IMG/VR virus record: IMGVR_UViG_2687453619_000001 | Span: 1-64,000 of that record | DNA from: a virus | Lineage: Duplodnaviria > Caudoviricetes | DNA length: 64,000 nucleotides | Direction: 5' to 3' (one strand) | In this document: positions 9,636 to 18,956 of the stretch, in pieces | Position numbering within the stretch: position 1 is the stretch's first letter | How the letters are laid out: each line of letters begins with the position of its first letter | Program-made: the position numbers and the translations under genes | The notes under the pieces: generated by a model | Databases searched by the model: none | What the model was told of the DNA's origin: nothing | Seen by the model: the letters and a program-made list of their open reading frames with translations, nothing else

Positions 9636-10099
9636 GCGACAACTTACACGCACTTGAAGCCTGGGCCGGCGCGCTGCTGGTCCAGCTGCAACCTGGTCAG
9701 CGCCGGGTCGTCACGCGCAAAATTGCCCAGGACTTGCGCCGCAGCCAGGCGCAACGCATCGCCAGTCAACAGGCGCCGGACGGTGCGACCTATCCGGCGC
9801 GGAAGAAGCGCAAGGATCTGCGAGGTAAGAAGGGGAGAATCAAGCGCCAGAAGGCGGCAATGTTCGGAAAAATCCGCACGCAGCAATTCCTGAAAACTCA
9901 GCAGGACGAAAATCAGCTTTCGGTCGGTTTCTTTGGGCGTGTGGCGCGGATCGCCCGTGTGCACCAGGAGGGGTTAGCTGACAAGGTCTCGAAAAAAGGG
10001 CCGGAATACCGATATCCGGCCCGGCCCTTACTCGGCTTTAGCTCTACCGATCAAGCGTTGATTCGGGATTCGCTATTACGACATTTGCGGTTTATTTGA
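9632..10099 (+). CDS. virion morphogenesis protein (P2 gpS)
   Basis: QRIASQQAPDG, ARIARVHQ.G and YPARPLLG motifs. Confidence 0.9.
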   Translation: MSDNLHALEAWAGALLVQLQPGQRRVVTRKIAQDLRRSQAQRIASQQAPDGATYPARKKRKDLRGKKGRIKRQKAAMFGKIRTQQFLKTQQDENQLSVGFFGRVARIARVHQEGLADKVSKKGPEYRYPARPLLGFSSTDQALIRDSLLRHLRFI

Positions 10100-10585
10100 T
10101 ATCTCTATACTCTTCACAATTGTTTCAAATACCATTCCATCGTCAAGCACGAACTCCCAATGCGCGGTGTATCCAAGAATTCCCGGCGGCAGTTCGCTAC
10201 AGACTTCACCGATTCCTAAATTTACAAAAATCTCACTTTTGTCGTGCGGCAGTCTGAAGTAAATATCGTTTCCGTTGGTAGCCACATAGACGTTGCTAGA
10301 TGGCCTCTCATTGATGTGCCATTCTGCCGGTGTGACCGGAAGTCGAATAGTAAATTTTTTACCGAAAGATAACACTGACGCAAATTCTTCCTCGTCAATA
10401 AGTATCGGTCCCTCACAATTTTCAGGGAGCGTAGGTCCGAGGAGAAGTATCGATCTTTTACCTCCCAACTTTGGGTCGACTATTATGATGGCCGCATACG
10501 AAATTTTTTTCACATCAATAATAAATAGATCGCCGCGAGAAAGATTCTTGAGTTTAGCGGTGGTAATTGCTGGGCTAATATTCAT
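10076..10585 (-). CDS. hypothetical protein (moron, 169 aa)
   Basis: AT-rich ORF with AAGGAAAG upstream of ATG 10585; absent from prophage 2. Confidence 0.65.
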   Translation of the reverse strand: MNISPAITTAKLKNLSRGDLFIIDVKKISYAAIIIVDPKLGGKRSILLLGPTLPENCEGPILIDEEEFASVLSFGKKFTIRLPVTPAEWHINERPSSNVYVATNGNDIYFRLPHDKSEIFVNLGIGEVCSELPPGILGYTAHWEFVLDDGMVFETIVKSIEISNKPQMS

Positions 10586-10736
10586 ACTTTTCTTTCCTTG
10601 GAATTTTACTAAATTGTGTACAAGAGATCGGGATGTCGGATTTTGAGGTGTTGCCCATTCAGCATAGTGAGTATATTTGATTACACAATGCAATATTTCG
10701 GATTGCTGCAGGCCGCCGGTAGTGGCCGACGTCAAT

Positions 10737-11531
10737 TCAGAAAAGCTGATCGCAACTCGTCGCGTCCCAATTCGTAATCACCAGCTCTTTGCTTGTCGCC
10801 GGCTGGCCGTGCGTGCTGCCAATGCTGTATTTGATATCCAACCCCTGCATAGTAAAGCCATCGAATACCCGGCGAATGTCCGGGTGGTCGTTGATGCTGA
10901 CCATCACCTTACCCTTGCAGGTGCGCATGAATGCGGCCATCTGCTCATACTGCTCGATCCCGAAGTCCACGCCATAGCCTTCGGTCTGCCAGTAGGGTGG
11001 ATCAGCGTAGATGAACGTATGGGAGCGGTCATAGCGTTTCATGCAGTCGAGCCAGGGCAGGTTTTCGACGTAGGTTCCGGCCAGGCGAAGATGCGCCGCA
11101 CTCAGGTTTTCTTCGATCCGGCACAGGTTGATGGCTGGCCCCGTGGTAGCCGTACCGAAATGCTGGCCGGTTACCTTTCCGCTGAAGGCATGCTGCTGCA
11201 GGTAATAAAAGCGGGCGGCGCGCTGGATATCGGTCAGCGTTTCCGGCCGCACGGCCTGCTGCCACTTAAAAATCTGCCGGCTGGTGATGGCCCACTTGAA
11301 CTGCCGAACGAATTCTTCCATGTGATGCTGCACCACCCGATAAAGATTGACCAGGTCGCCGTTGATATCGTTGATGACTTCGGTGTGTGCCGGCACCGGG
11401 CGCAGGAAATAGAGCGCGGCGCCGCCGCAGAATGCCTCTACATAGCAGTCATGCGGCGGGAATAGCGGGATGAGCTTGTCAGCCAGGCGACGTTTGCCTC
11501 CCAGCCAGGGGATGATAGGGCTTGCTTCCAT
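10737..11531 (-). CDS. DNA adenine methyltransferase (Dam/D12 family)
   Basis: PWLGGKRRL, YVEAFCGGA, EVINDIN and YADPPY motifs. Confidence 0.92.
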   Translation of the reverse strand: MEASPIIPWLGGKRRLADKLIPLFPPHDCYVEAFCGGAALYFLRPVPAHTEVINDINGDLVNLYRVVQHHMEEFVRQFKWAITSRQIFKWQQAVRPETLTDIQRAARFYYLQQHAFSGKVTGQHFGTATTGPAINLCRIEENLSAAHLRLAGTYVENLPWLDCMKRYDRSHTFIYADPPYWQTEGYGVDFGIEQYEQMAAFMRTCKGKVMVSINDHPDIRRVFDGFTMQGLDIKYSIGSTHGQPATSKELVITNWDATSCDQLF

Positions 11532-11688
11532 GTGTTGCTCCAATGTCAGATGCTCGATGGCGTGCTGATATGGGGCGCATGGCTCTCAGGTGATTTAACG
11601 TGCCGCATCGCGGGCATTTGATGGAGAGGGTGATGTATTCACCCTCTCCGAGTTTGCGGGAACAGTTCCCGCAACGAATATCGTGCAT
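11479..11688 (-). CDS. com: Mu Com-family zinc-finger regulator
   Basis: IRCGNCSRKL...IKCPRCGTLN; overlaps the start of the methyltransferase. Confidence 0.85.
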   Translation of the reverse strand: MHDIRCGNCSRKLGEGEYITLSIKCPRCGTLNHLRAMRPISARHRASDIGATHGSKPYHPLAGRQTSPG

Positions 11689-11870
11689 CTAGGTATACCG
11701 CTATAAATATGCTAGCCTTCGGCCCACCTGTACAGGTAGCGCGGCCTTGGCCTTGCTGGCAGCCTCATCTGCTGGCACGGTGGCGTGGTCGGTGTTAGTC
11801 GCACTGACCGCGTCGCCGCGTCTTAAACCGTACTTTCTCACGCGCCCGTAGTGCGTGAAACATCGACAGA

Positions 11871-11891
11871 GTTGATAAGCCGCTTATCAAC
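11871..11891. promoter_or_regulatory. dyad element upstream of gene V
   Basis: GTTGATAAG-CCG-CTTATCAAC, same core as 4001-4033. Confidence 0.6.
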
Positions 11892-11928
11892 CCTCTGCCA
11901 GGTGCGCGCCGATCCGCAACACGGCAAC

Positions 11929-12609
11929 ATGCTCAGCATGACTGCCGACCTCCACGATTACTCCGAAAACGCACGACTGCTGCACAACCTGATTCGTTTG
12001 GGTACTGTTGCTCAGGTTGCGGGTGGCCGCGCCCGTGTGCGTCTGAGTCCCAAGCTGACAACAACCTGGTTGCGCTGGGTGACGCATCGTGCAGGCGACG
12101 CCCGCACCTGGTGGTCGCCATCGGTCGGGGAGCAGGTTGTTCTGTTGTCGCCTGGCGGCGATCTGACCGCCGGCGTCATTCTGCAGGCGGTCTATTCTGA
12201 TGCGTTCCCTGCGCCTTCCGACAATCCAGCCTTGCATTCGACGCATTACCCCGATGGTGCGGTTGTCCAATACGATTTTCAGGCGCACACCCTGAGCGCA
12301 ACGCTACCGGACGGCACCAGCGTGACCGTCGCGCCCGGTAAAGTCACGTCGAACGCCGAAGATACGGAATGCACCGGCAATCTGCTGGTGCAAAAGAATC
12401 TGGTCGTCAACCAGAATCTGACTGTCAACGGCATGTCAGCCTTGAATGCCGGCATGAACGTCCAGGCCGGCAAGGAAGGCGGCGCGGCGGCTGTGATTCA
12501 GGGAATCTTACGCGCCACAGTAGACGTATTTGCCGGCAGCATCAGCCTGCTAAAACACCCGCACGGTGGTGTCAAAAAAGGCGAAGAAGAGTCAGGCGGT
12601 CCGAAATGA
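11929..12609 (+). CDS. baseplate spike (P2 gpV)
   Basis: NLIRLGTV, PSVGEQV and C-terminal HPHGGV metal-binding motif. Confidence 0.92.
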   Translation: MLSMTADLHDYSENARLLHNLIRLGTVAQVAGGRARVRLSPKLTTTWLRWVTHRAGDARTWWSPSVGEQVVLLSPGGDLTAGVILQAVYSDAFPAPSDNPALHSTHYPDGAVVQYDFQAHTLSATLPDGTSVTVAPGKVTSNAEDTECTGNLLVQKNLVVNQNLTVNGMSALNAGMNVQAGKEGGAAAVIQGILRATVDVFAGSISLLKHPHGGVKKGEEESGGPK

Positions 12610-12944
12610 TGAACGCCCGCACAGGTCGCGCCATGTCCCGCCTCGCCCATATCCGCCAGTCGCTGGCCGATATCCTTACCACGCCCATCGGTTCCCGCGT
12701 CATGCGCCGCAACTATGGTTCCGAAGTACCGGAGCTGATCGACCAACCCTTGAACGGAGCCACGGTCCTACGCATCTATGCCGCCACCGCTTACGCTGTC
12801 CTGCACTGGGAGCGCCGCATTGCCTTGACCGGCGTGCAATTGCAACGCGGCGCTGATGGACAAGCCACGCTGCTTCTGGACGGAGTCACCAATGAACAGA
12901 GTGTGCAATTGGCCGTGCCTGTTGGTTCGGGAGCGACGCTATGA
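12606..12944 (+). CDS. baseplate protein (P2 gpW/gp25)
   Basis: HIRQS..DILTTPIGSRVMRR.YGS. Confidence 0.92.
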   Translation: MMNARTGRAMSRLAHIRQSLADILTTPIGSRVMRRNYGSEVPELIDQPLNGATVLRIYAATAYAVLHWERRIALTGVQLQRGADGQATLLLDGVTNEQSVQLAVPVGSGATL

Positions 12945-13831
12945 GCGCAGCTATCGACTTGTCGCAACTGCCGGCACCCAATGTCATCGAGCCGTTAGAT
13001 TTTGAGACGATCCTGGCTCAGAACCTGGCCGACCTGGGCGCACAAGGCGTCAATCTGGACGAACTCACGGAATCCGACCCCGCCATCAAGGTGATCCAGC
13101 TCAACGCCTATCGTGAGTTGAAATTGCGCCAGCGCATCAACGAAGCCGCCCGCGCCCTGATGCTGGCGTATGCGATGAAATCGGACCTGGACCAGATCGG
13201 TGCGAACATGGACGTCCCGCGCTTGCAGATCTGGCCGGCAGATCCCGACAAGGGGACTGCTGCCGTCATGGAGGCCGATGAGGATTACCGCCGGCGCATC
13301 CAGTTGGCGCCGCAAGGCATGTCCGTCGCAGGCCCGGAAGGGGCGTATGTGTTCCACGCCTTAAGCAGCGATGGTCGCGTGCGCAACGCGACGGCCACCA
13401 GCCCGACGCCAGGTCACGTGGTCGTGGCGATCTTGTCGCATGAGGGCGACGGTACGCCCTCGCAGGAACTGCTGGATATCGTCGCCACCCGTATGGCGGA
13501 CGATGGCGTGCGGCCCTTGACTGATTACGTCACAGTCGTTGCCGCGCAAATTGTCCGCTACCAGGTACACGCCAAACTGTACAGCTTCTCAGGCCCTGAT
13601 CCGACCGTTGTGCTGATTGAGGCGAACAAGCGCATGCAGAAGTATGCGAAGGAAGCGCACCAGCTGGGGCGCGTGCCGACCCATTCCGGCATCGACGCGG
13701 CGGTACACGTTGCCGGCGTCGAGCGCGTCATCCTGGTGTCGCCGACCACAGATCCAGAGATTTCCAAGTTGGTGGCCTACTACTGCGATGACATACAGAT
13801 CGAGTACGGCGGCATTTGGGGCAAGGTATGA
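12941..13831 (+). CDS. baseplate protein (P2 gpJ)
   Basis: IDLSQLPAP, SVAGP.GAY and VRPLTD motifs. Confidence 0.93.
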   Translation: MSAAIDLSQLPAPNVIEPLDFETILAQNLADLGAQGVNLDELTESDPAIKVIQLNAYRELKLRQRINEAARALMLAYAMKSDLDQIGANMDVPRLQIWPADPDKGTAAVMEADEDYRRRIQLAPQGMSVAGPEGAYVFHALSSDGRVRNATATSPTPGHVVVAILSHEGDGTPSQELLDIVATRMADDGVRPLTDYVTVVAAQIVRYQVHAKLYSFSGPDPTVVLIEANKRMQKYAKEAHQLGRVPTHSGIDAAVHVAGVERVILVSPTTDPEISKLVAYYCDDIQIEYGGIWGKV

Positions 13832-14385
13832 CCAAGAGAAAAATAAAATCCCTGTTGCCGCCCAAATCCACGCCGCTGGAGCGGGCGCTGGAAGCGGCCA
13901 CGGCCCGGACCTCCGATGTGCCGGTCCCACTGCGCACCTTGCACAACCCGGACACCATCGATATCGATCTGCTGCCCTGGTTAGCCTGGCACTGGTCGGT
14001 CGATAGCTGGAAGTCCTACTGGACGGAAGAGGTACGGCGCGCCCGCGTGCGCAACGCCATGAAGATCCACCGCCAGAAGGGAACGGCGAAGGCGGTCAAG
14101 GATGTGGTCGCGGCTTTCGGCGGCGCCATCCTGTTGCGCGAGTGGTGGCAAATGACGCCGATGGGCGAGCCGTACACGTTTGACCTGGTGATGACGCTCA
14201 CAGGCGCCGGCGGCCAGTCGGCCACGGCTGAATTTGTCGATGATGTGATCGCCGAGGTCCACCGCACGAAATCGATCCGTAGCCACTTTACGTTTACCCA
14301 GGGCATCGAGACGCAAGCCGCGATAGCTGTGGCAGCGACTGCCCGCCCTGTGATCTATGCCCGTTTAAATCTGACTGAAGCCTAA
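13828..14385 (+). CDS. baseplate/tail protein (P2 gpI)
   Basis: LLPP, LLPWLAW..SVD.W and HRQKGT motifs. Confidence 0.92.
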   Translation: MTKRKIKSLLPPKSTPLERALEAATARTSDVPVPLRTLHNPDTIDIDLLPWLAWHWSVDSWKSYWTEEVRRARVRNAMKIHRQKGTAKAVKDVVAAFGGAILLREWWQMTPMGEPYTFDLVMTLTGAGGQSATAEFVDDVIAEVHRTKSIRSHFTFTQGIETQAAIAVAATARPVIYARLNLTEA

Positions 14386-14389
14386 CCCA

Positions 14390-16498
14390 ATGCCTGGACT
14401 CCAAATCATCATCACCAACGCCGGCCGCGCCGCCCTGGTCAATGCCGAACACAACGGCACGGCGCCGCTCAAGATTACTGAGATCGGTATCACTGCCGCT
14501 GTCTTCACGGCGGGCAAAGAGACGACCGCCTTGCCGGGTGAAATCAAGCGCTTGTCAACCATTTCCGGCGAAGTCGTGGCGCCCGATACGCTCCACGTCA
14601 CCATCCGCGACGATGGCGCCGACACCTATGCGGTGCGCGGCATTGGCTATTGGCTCAGCAATGGCGTCTTGCTGGGTGTCTACAGCCAGCCCGAACCGAT
14701 CTTGCAAAAGTCCACGCAGTCGATGATGCTGCTGGCCGCTGATGTGGTTTTTTCGGATATCAAGGCCACCTCTCTGACATTTGGTGACGCCAATTTTACT
14801 AACCCGCCGGCCACTACCGAGCGCCAGGGTGTGGTCGAGCTGGCGACCGGCGATGAGGCCGTCGCCGGCACGGACGGCACCCGCGCCGTGACGCCTGCCG
14901 GCCTGACGCCGGCCTTGGCGCAAGCCATCGCCAAACACCTGGCCGCCGCCGATCCGCATCAGCAATACCTGACCCAAGAACGCGGGAATGTGTTGTATTT
15001 CCGCAAGCTGCCGGCCTATACCAGCAGCGATACCGACTGCGACACCTTGCTGGACACTGGCGTGCGCGACGTGTCGGTTGCTAATGACCGGGGCGTCATC
15101 GCCGCCACCAGGCTGCCCATGGGCGCCGATGGCTACGGCACGCTGACCACCGAGAACGGCGGCCAGTTCGTACACCAGGTCTATACGGAAGCATCGATTA
15201 GACACCGTACCTGGCAGCGATCCGGCTACCTGGGCGCCACGCAGCCATTTAAGGGCAGTGACTGGAAGCTGTTGTGGGACTCCGTGACGTTCGATCCTGC
15301 GTCCAAGCAAGACAAGCTTCCCTTTACACCAGTCCAGCAAGGCACCGGCATCGGGCAGAAATCTAATGTCGTCAAAATCGGCTGGGTTGGCGACGTTCTG
15401 AAAGTCACGGTCGATGATCTCGATCTAGGCGCCGTGATATTTCAGGCGAATCTGGAAGCAGCGCTTAAAAATTATCTGCCGCTGGCCGGCGGCAGTGTTA
15501 CTGGTCTCTTGCAAGTCTCCGGGTCCACCGGCGCCATTGGCAGCCTCGGCCCCGGCCGGCCATGCATTGAGGTGGCGTCAAGCGGCAAGTCCGATGATGC
15601 TTACATGACATTTCACAAGCCAGGTGCATACGCAACACACCTCGGACTAGACGCCAATAATGACCTATCCGTTGGCGGCTACTCAATGGGCGCGGTTTCC
15701 TACAAGCTGTGGCATGCCGGTAATTTCGACCCGGCGGCCAAGCAAAACAAACTTGGCTATACGCCCGTCCAGGAAGGCACCGGCGTCGGTCAGCTCCCTA
15801 ACCGGGTAAAAATTGGCTGGGCCGCCGGCGATGGCCTGAAGGCCACCGTCGACGTCACCGACCAAGGCTATTTTGTATTTGCTAATCAGACTTTGCGCAT
15901 GCGCTGGGTGGGGCAATCTGGTCAGCCGCCGTGGTTGTTGGGTGGCAGTAGCGCGGGCGATATATGCGTCTACAACCCGTCTGAATTCAGCGTCAAATAT
16001 GCCACCGATAGCGCACGTTCGCAGAATGCCGAAAACATCAGCAACGGCAACAGCTATATGCGATTGCAGTGGTCCGACCCCGGCGGCCAGACCCTTTACG
16101 TATGGGGTAGCGACGGGCCGACCACAGCGCGCCTGTCGGTCGTCGGCAATCTCAGCGTCGGCAATGCGCGTACCTGGAGCGGTTTTCCGTTGCGCTTCGC
16201 AGAAAATCCCGGCGTCCAGCCCTATTACGTGCTGGGTATCGAGGCCGGTCACAGCGAGTTTTCTATCTACAACCGCACCTCGATGTCGGTCGGCTCCTGC
16301 GTCTCCGCGATGTTTGCAAACCAGCTATCCGGCGCAGGACTGCAAAACCAAAGCATCGGCAGTTATATGTTGAACAAGAACTACACCTCTCCCGAGGTCG
16401 CCGGTGCCTGGGAGCCGCGCGGCTATGCCTACGACTTCGGGTCGGGCGGCGACGGTGGTGTCGGTTCACGAGCAGCTTTATGGCAAAGGGTGGGGTAA
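14390..16498 (+). CDS. tail fibre protein (P2 gpH-like)
   Basis: IITNAG N-terminus, DPH.QY motif, two FDP..KQ.KL..TPVQ.GTG.GQ..N.VKIGW repeats. Confidence 0.88.
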   Translation: MPGLQIIITNAGRAALVNAEHNGTAPLKITEIGITAAVFTAGKETTALPGEIKRLSTISGEVVAPDTLHVTIRDDGADTYAVRGIGYWLSNGVLLGVYSQPEPILQKSTQSMMLLAADVVFSDIKATSLTFGDANFTNPPATTERQGVVELATGDEAVAGTDGTRAVTPAGLTPALAQAIAKHLAAADPHQQYLTQERGNVLYFRKLPAYTSSDTDCDTLLDTGVRDVSVANDRGVIAATRLPMGADGYGTLTTENGGQFVHQVYTEASIRHRTWQRSGYLGATQPFKGSDWKLLWDSVTFDPASKQDKLPFTPVQQGTGIGQKSNVVKIGWVGDVLKVTVDDLDLGAVIFQANLEAALKNYLPLAGGSVTGLLQVSGSTGAIGSLGPGRPCIEVASSGKSDDAYMTFHKPGAYATHLGLDANNDLSVGGYSMGAVSYKLWHAGNFDPAAKQNKLGYTPVQEGTGVGQLPNRVKIGWAAGDGLKATVDVTDQGYFVFANQTLRMRWVGQSGQPPWLLGGSSAGDICVYNPSEFSVKYATDSARSQNAENISNGNSYMRLQWSDPGGQTLYVWGSDGPTTARLSVVGNLSVGNARTWSGFPLRFAENPGVQPYYVLGIEAGHSEFSIYNRTSMSVGSCVSAMFANQLSGAGLQNQSIGSYMLNKNYTSPEVAGAWEPRGYAYDFGSGGDGGVGSRAALWQRVG

Positions 16499-17094
16499 TG
16501 GCAAAAGTAAAAGCAAAACAAGCAATTGAGCAAGTAACAGACATTCCAGCGGAATCCGGCGAAATCGCCCAGGAGCTGCCGCCTATCGCAGAGCAAGCAC
16601 CGCTTCCACCGGCGCGACCTCTTCTGTTCCCGGAATTGCAGCCTGCGGAGCCGCCAAAGCCGGTCGACCCGTTCGCTTATTCCGACATCAAGGACATTGT
16701 TCGGGTGGCGGCGGGCTATCAGTGCGCAGTGAAATTTCTTCATCGTGACGACTATCTTGCCTACCTGGCCTGTCCGGACGATGTGGAAGCGCATGGCCGC
16801 GCCATCCATGCGGAATGCGAAGCCCGCGCAGCAGACGGCGTACCAGACTACTTTCCGAGCGACGACGAGTTCCTGACCGTGGCGCAAGAACGCATGTCCG
16901 GCGAACTGCGCCGCGCCAATAGCGAAGTGACCAAGTATCAGGACCGCGTCGACGTGGACGACGCCAGCGACGCCGATATCGGCTTGCTGCTGGCCTGGAA
17001 GAAATACCGTGTTGCCTTGAACCGCATCCCGGACCAGGCCGGCTATCCGCACGTCATTACCTGGCCGGTTACACCGGACCCAGCCACCGTTTAA
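16498..17094 (+). CDS. tail fibre assembly chaperone
   Basis: C-terminal LLAWKKYRVALNRI...ITWP motif. Confidence 0.85.
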   Translation: MAKVKAKQAIEQVTDIPAESGEIAQELPPIAEQAPLPPARPLLFPELQPAEPPKPVDPFAYSDIKDIVRVAAGYQCAVKFLHRDDYLAYLACPDDVEAHGRAIHAECEARAADGVPDYFPSDDEFLTVAQERMSGELRRANSEVTKYQDRVDVDDASDADIGLLLAWKKYRVALNRIPDQAGYPHVITWPVTPDPATV

Positions 17095-17121
17095 TTATTT
17101 ACCTCATTCACAGGAGAAGAT

Positions 17122-18294
17122 ATGCCTACTGATTACCACCATGGCGTGCGCGTCATCGAAAAGAACGACGGCACCCGTCCAATCCGCACCATCAGCACCG
17201 CCGTTGTCGGCCTGGTCGCCACTGCCGAAGATGCCGACCCGGCCGTTTTCCCGCTCGACACGCCAGTCCTGCTGACCAACGTTCTTGCCGCCTTAGGTAA
17301 GGCCGGCACCAAGGGGACGCTGCGCCGCGCCCTGGACGCCATCGGCCTGCAGACAAAGCCTTTCACGGTGGTGGTGCGCGTGGCCGAAGGTAAGGATGAA
17401 GCCGAAACCACCTCTAATGTGATCGGCACCACAACCGCGGCCGGCAAATACACCGGCGTCAAGGCGCTGCTGGCGGCCCAGAGCAAGCTTGGGGTAAAAC
17501 CGCGCATCCTGGGAGCACCAGGTCTGGACACCAAGGCCGTGACCAATGCCCTGGTAGCCGTCGCCCAGAAGCTGCGCGGTTTTACCTATGCGGCAGCGCA
17601 TGGCTGTTTGACTAAGGAAGACGCCGTGCTGTATCGGAAAGACTTCGGCCAGCGCGAGCTGATGCTGATCTGGCCCGATTTCGTGAGCTGGGATACCGCC
17701 ACCAATGCGGACGCGAATATCTCGGCAGTAGCCTATGCCCTGGGCCTGCGCGCCAAACTGGACGAAGAGATCGGCTGGCACAAAACGCTGTCGAACATGG
17801 TCGTCAACGGCCCGACCGGCATTTCGGCGGATGTGTTCTGGGATCTGCAAGATCCTGCCACCGATGCCGGCTTCCTGAATAGCAAGGAAGTCACCACCCT
17901 GATCAACAGCGGCGGCTTCCGCTTCTGGGGTTCGCGCACTTGCGAAACGCCGGAATTCTTCTATTTTGAGAACTACACCCGCACCGCCCAGGTGCTGGCC
18001 GACACCATTGCAGAAGCGCATATGACCTATGCCGACAAGCCCTTGCATCCGTCCCTGGCGAAAGACCTGGTCGAGAGCATCAACGCGAAATTCCGCGATC
18101 TGATCAAGCAAGGCTATCTGATCGGCGGCAGCGCCTGGTGCGATGAACAGTTCAATAGCAAGGAAAATTTGAAGGATGGCCGGCTGACGATCGATTACGA
18201 CTATACGCCCGTGCCGCCGCTGGAAAACCTGATGTTCCAGCAGCGCATCACTGACCGCTACCTGGCCGACTTCGCCGCCGCAGTCAACGCTTAA
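17122..18294 (+). CDS. tail sheath protein (P2 gpFI)
   Basis: YHHGVRV, KPRILGAPG, GFRFWGSRT and DYDYTPVPPLENL motifs. Confidence 0.95.
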   Translation: MPTDYHHGVRVIEKNDGTRPIRTISTAVVGLVATAEDADPAVFPLDTPVLLTNVLAALGKAGTKGTLRRALDAIGLQTKPFTVVVRVAEGKDEAETTSNVIGTTTAAGKYTGVKALLAAQSKLGVKPRILGAPGLDTKAVTNALVAVAQKLRGFTYAAAHGCLTKEDAVLYRKDFGQRELMLIWPDFVSWDTATNADANISAVAYALGLRAKLDEEIGWHKTLSNMVVNGPTGISADVFWDLQDPATDAGFLNSKEVTTLINSGGFRFWGSRTCETPEFFYFENYTRTAQVLADTIAEAHMTYADKPLHPSLAKDLVESINAKFRDLIKQGYLIGGSAWCDEQFNSKENLKDGRLTIDYDYTPVPPLENLMFQQRITDRYLADFAAAVNA

Positions 18295-18321
18295 CCAATT
18301 ACAGAAAGGGAGCATCACACC

Positions 18322-18831
18322 ATGGGTATGCCAAAGAAACTCAAGGCTTTTAACTTGTTCGACAACGGCAATTCCTATCACGGTGAGGTGGAGGAAATCA
18401 CCTTGCCAAAACTCTCCCGCAAGATGGAAGAGTACCGCGCCGGCGGCATGACCGGCCCGATATCGGTGGATTTCGGTAACGAAGCCATCACGCTGGAATG
18501 GACCGCCGGCGGCATCATCCTGGAAGCCCTGCTGCAGTACGGCGCCCGCAGCCACAACGCCACTCAGCTGCGCTTCGCTGGTGCGTATGAGGATGACGAC
18601 AGCGGCACCGTGTCTGCCGTGGAAATTGTCGTGCGTGGCCGCCACAAAGAAATCGACATGGGCAACGCCAAGGCCGCCGAAGACACCAAGCAGAAATATA
18701 CGACCGCCTGCAGCTACTACAAGCTGACCATCGATAACCGGACCATTTACGAATTCGACTTCATCAACGGCGTCGAAAAAATCGGCGGCGAGGATCGCAA
18801 CGCCAATATTCGTCGGGCCATCGGACTTTAA
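18322..18831 (+). CDS. tail tube protein (P2 gpFII)
   Basis: MPKKLK.FNLF and LPKLSRK.EEYRAGGM motifs. Confidence 0.95.
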   Translation: MGMPKKLKAFNLFDNGNSYHGEVEEITLPKLSRKMEEYRAGGMTGPISVDFGNEAITLEWTAGGIILEALLQYGARSHNATQLRFAGAYEDDDSGTVSAVEIVVRGRHKEIDMGNAKAAEDTKQKYTTACSYYKLTIDNRTIYEFDFINGVEKIGGEDRNANIRRAIGL

Positions 18832-18929
18832 TTTTCCCAAACCAAAAAAGCAACTATTGTAAAGATCGAGCTCATCATCAGTATCACAATGAAGATCAAG
18901 ATCCACACCAACCAATTTCCTTTTCCCAC
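18828..18929 (-). CDS. putative small single-TM peptide (33 aa, below the ORF-track cutoff)
   Basis: GTG..TAA reads (M)GKGNWLVWILIFIVILMMSSIFTIVAFLVWEN; AAGG 8 nt upstream; absent from prophage 2. Confidence 0.45.
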   Translation of the reverse strand: MGKGNWLVWILIFIVILMMSSIFTIVAFLVWEN

Positions 18930-18956
18930 CTGTAAAACCTTTATTTAAAAGATTCT

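Noticed and set aside
10677-11465. 262-aa + strand ORF opposite the Dam-type gene
   Set aside because: Antisense and motif-free, unlike the same-strand nested ORF in the C5 enzyme.
14390-17094. Tail-fibre inversion system or diversity-generating retroelement
   Set aside because: No invertase, reverse transcriptase, inverted cassette or template repeat is visible.
17293-18915. 540-aa antisense ORF over sheath and tube (425 aa in copy 2)
   Set aside because: Codon-bias shadow ORF; its ends are not conserved between the copies.
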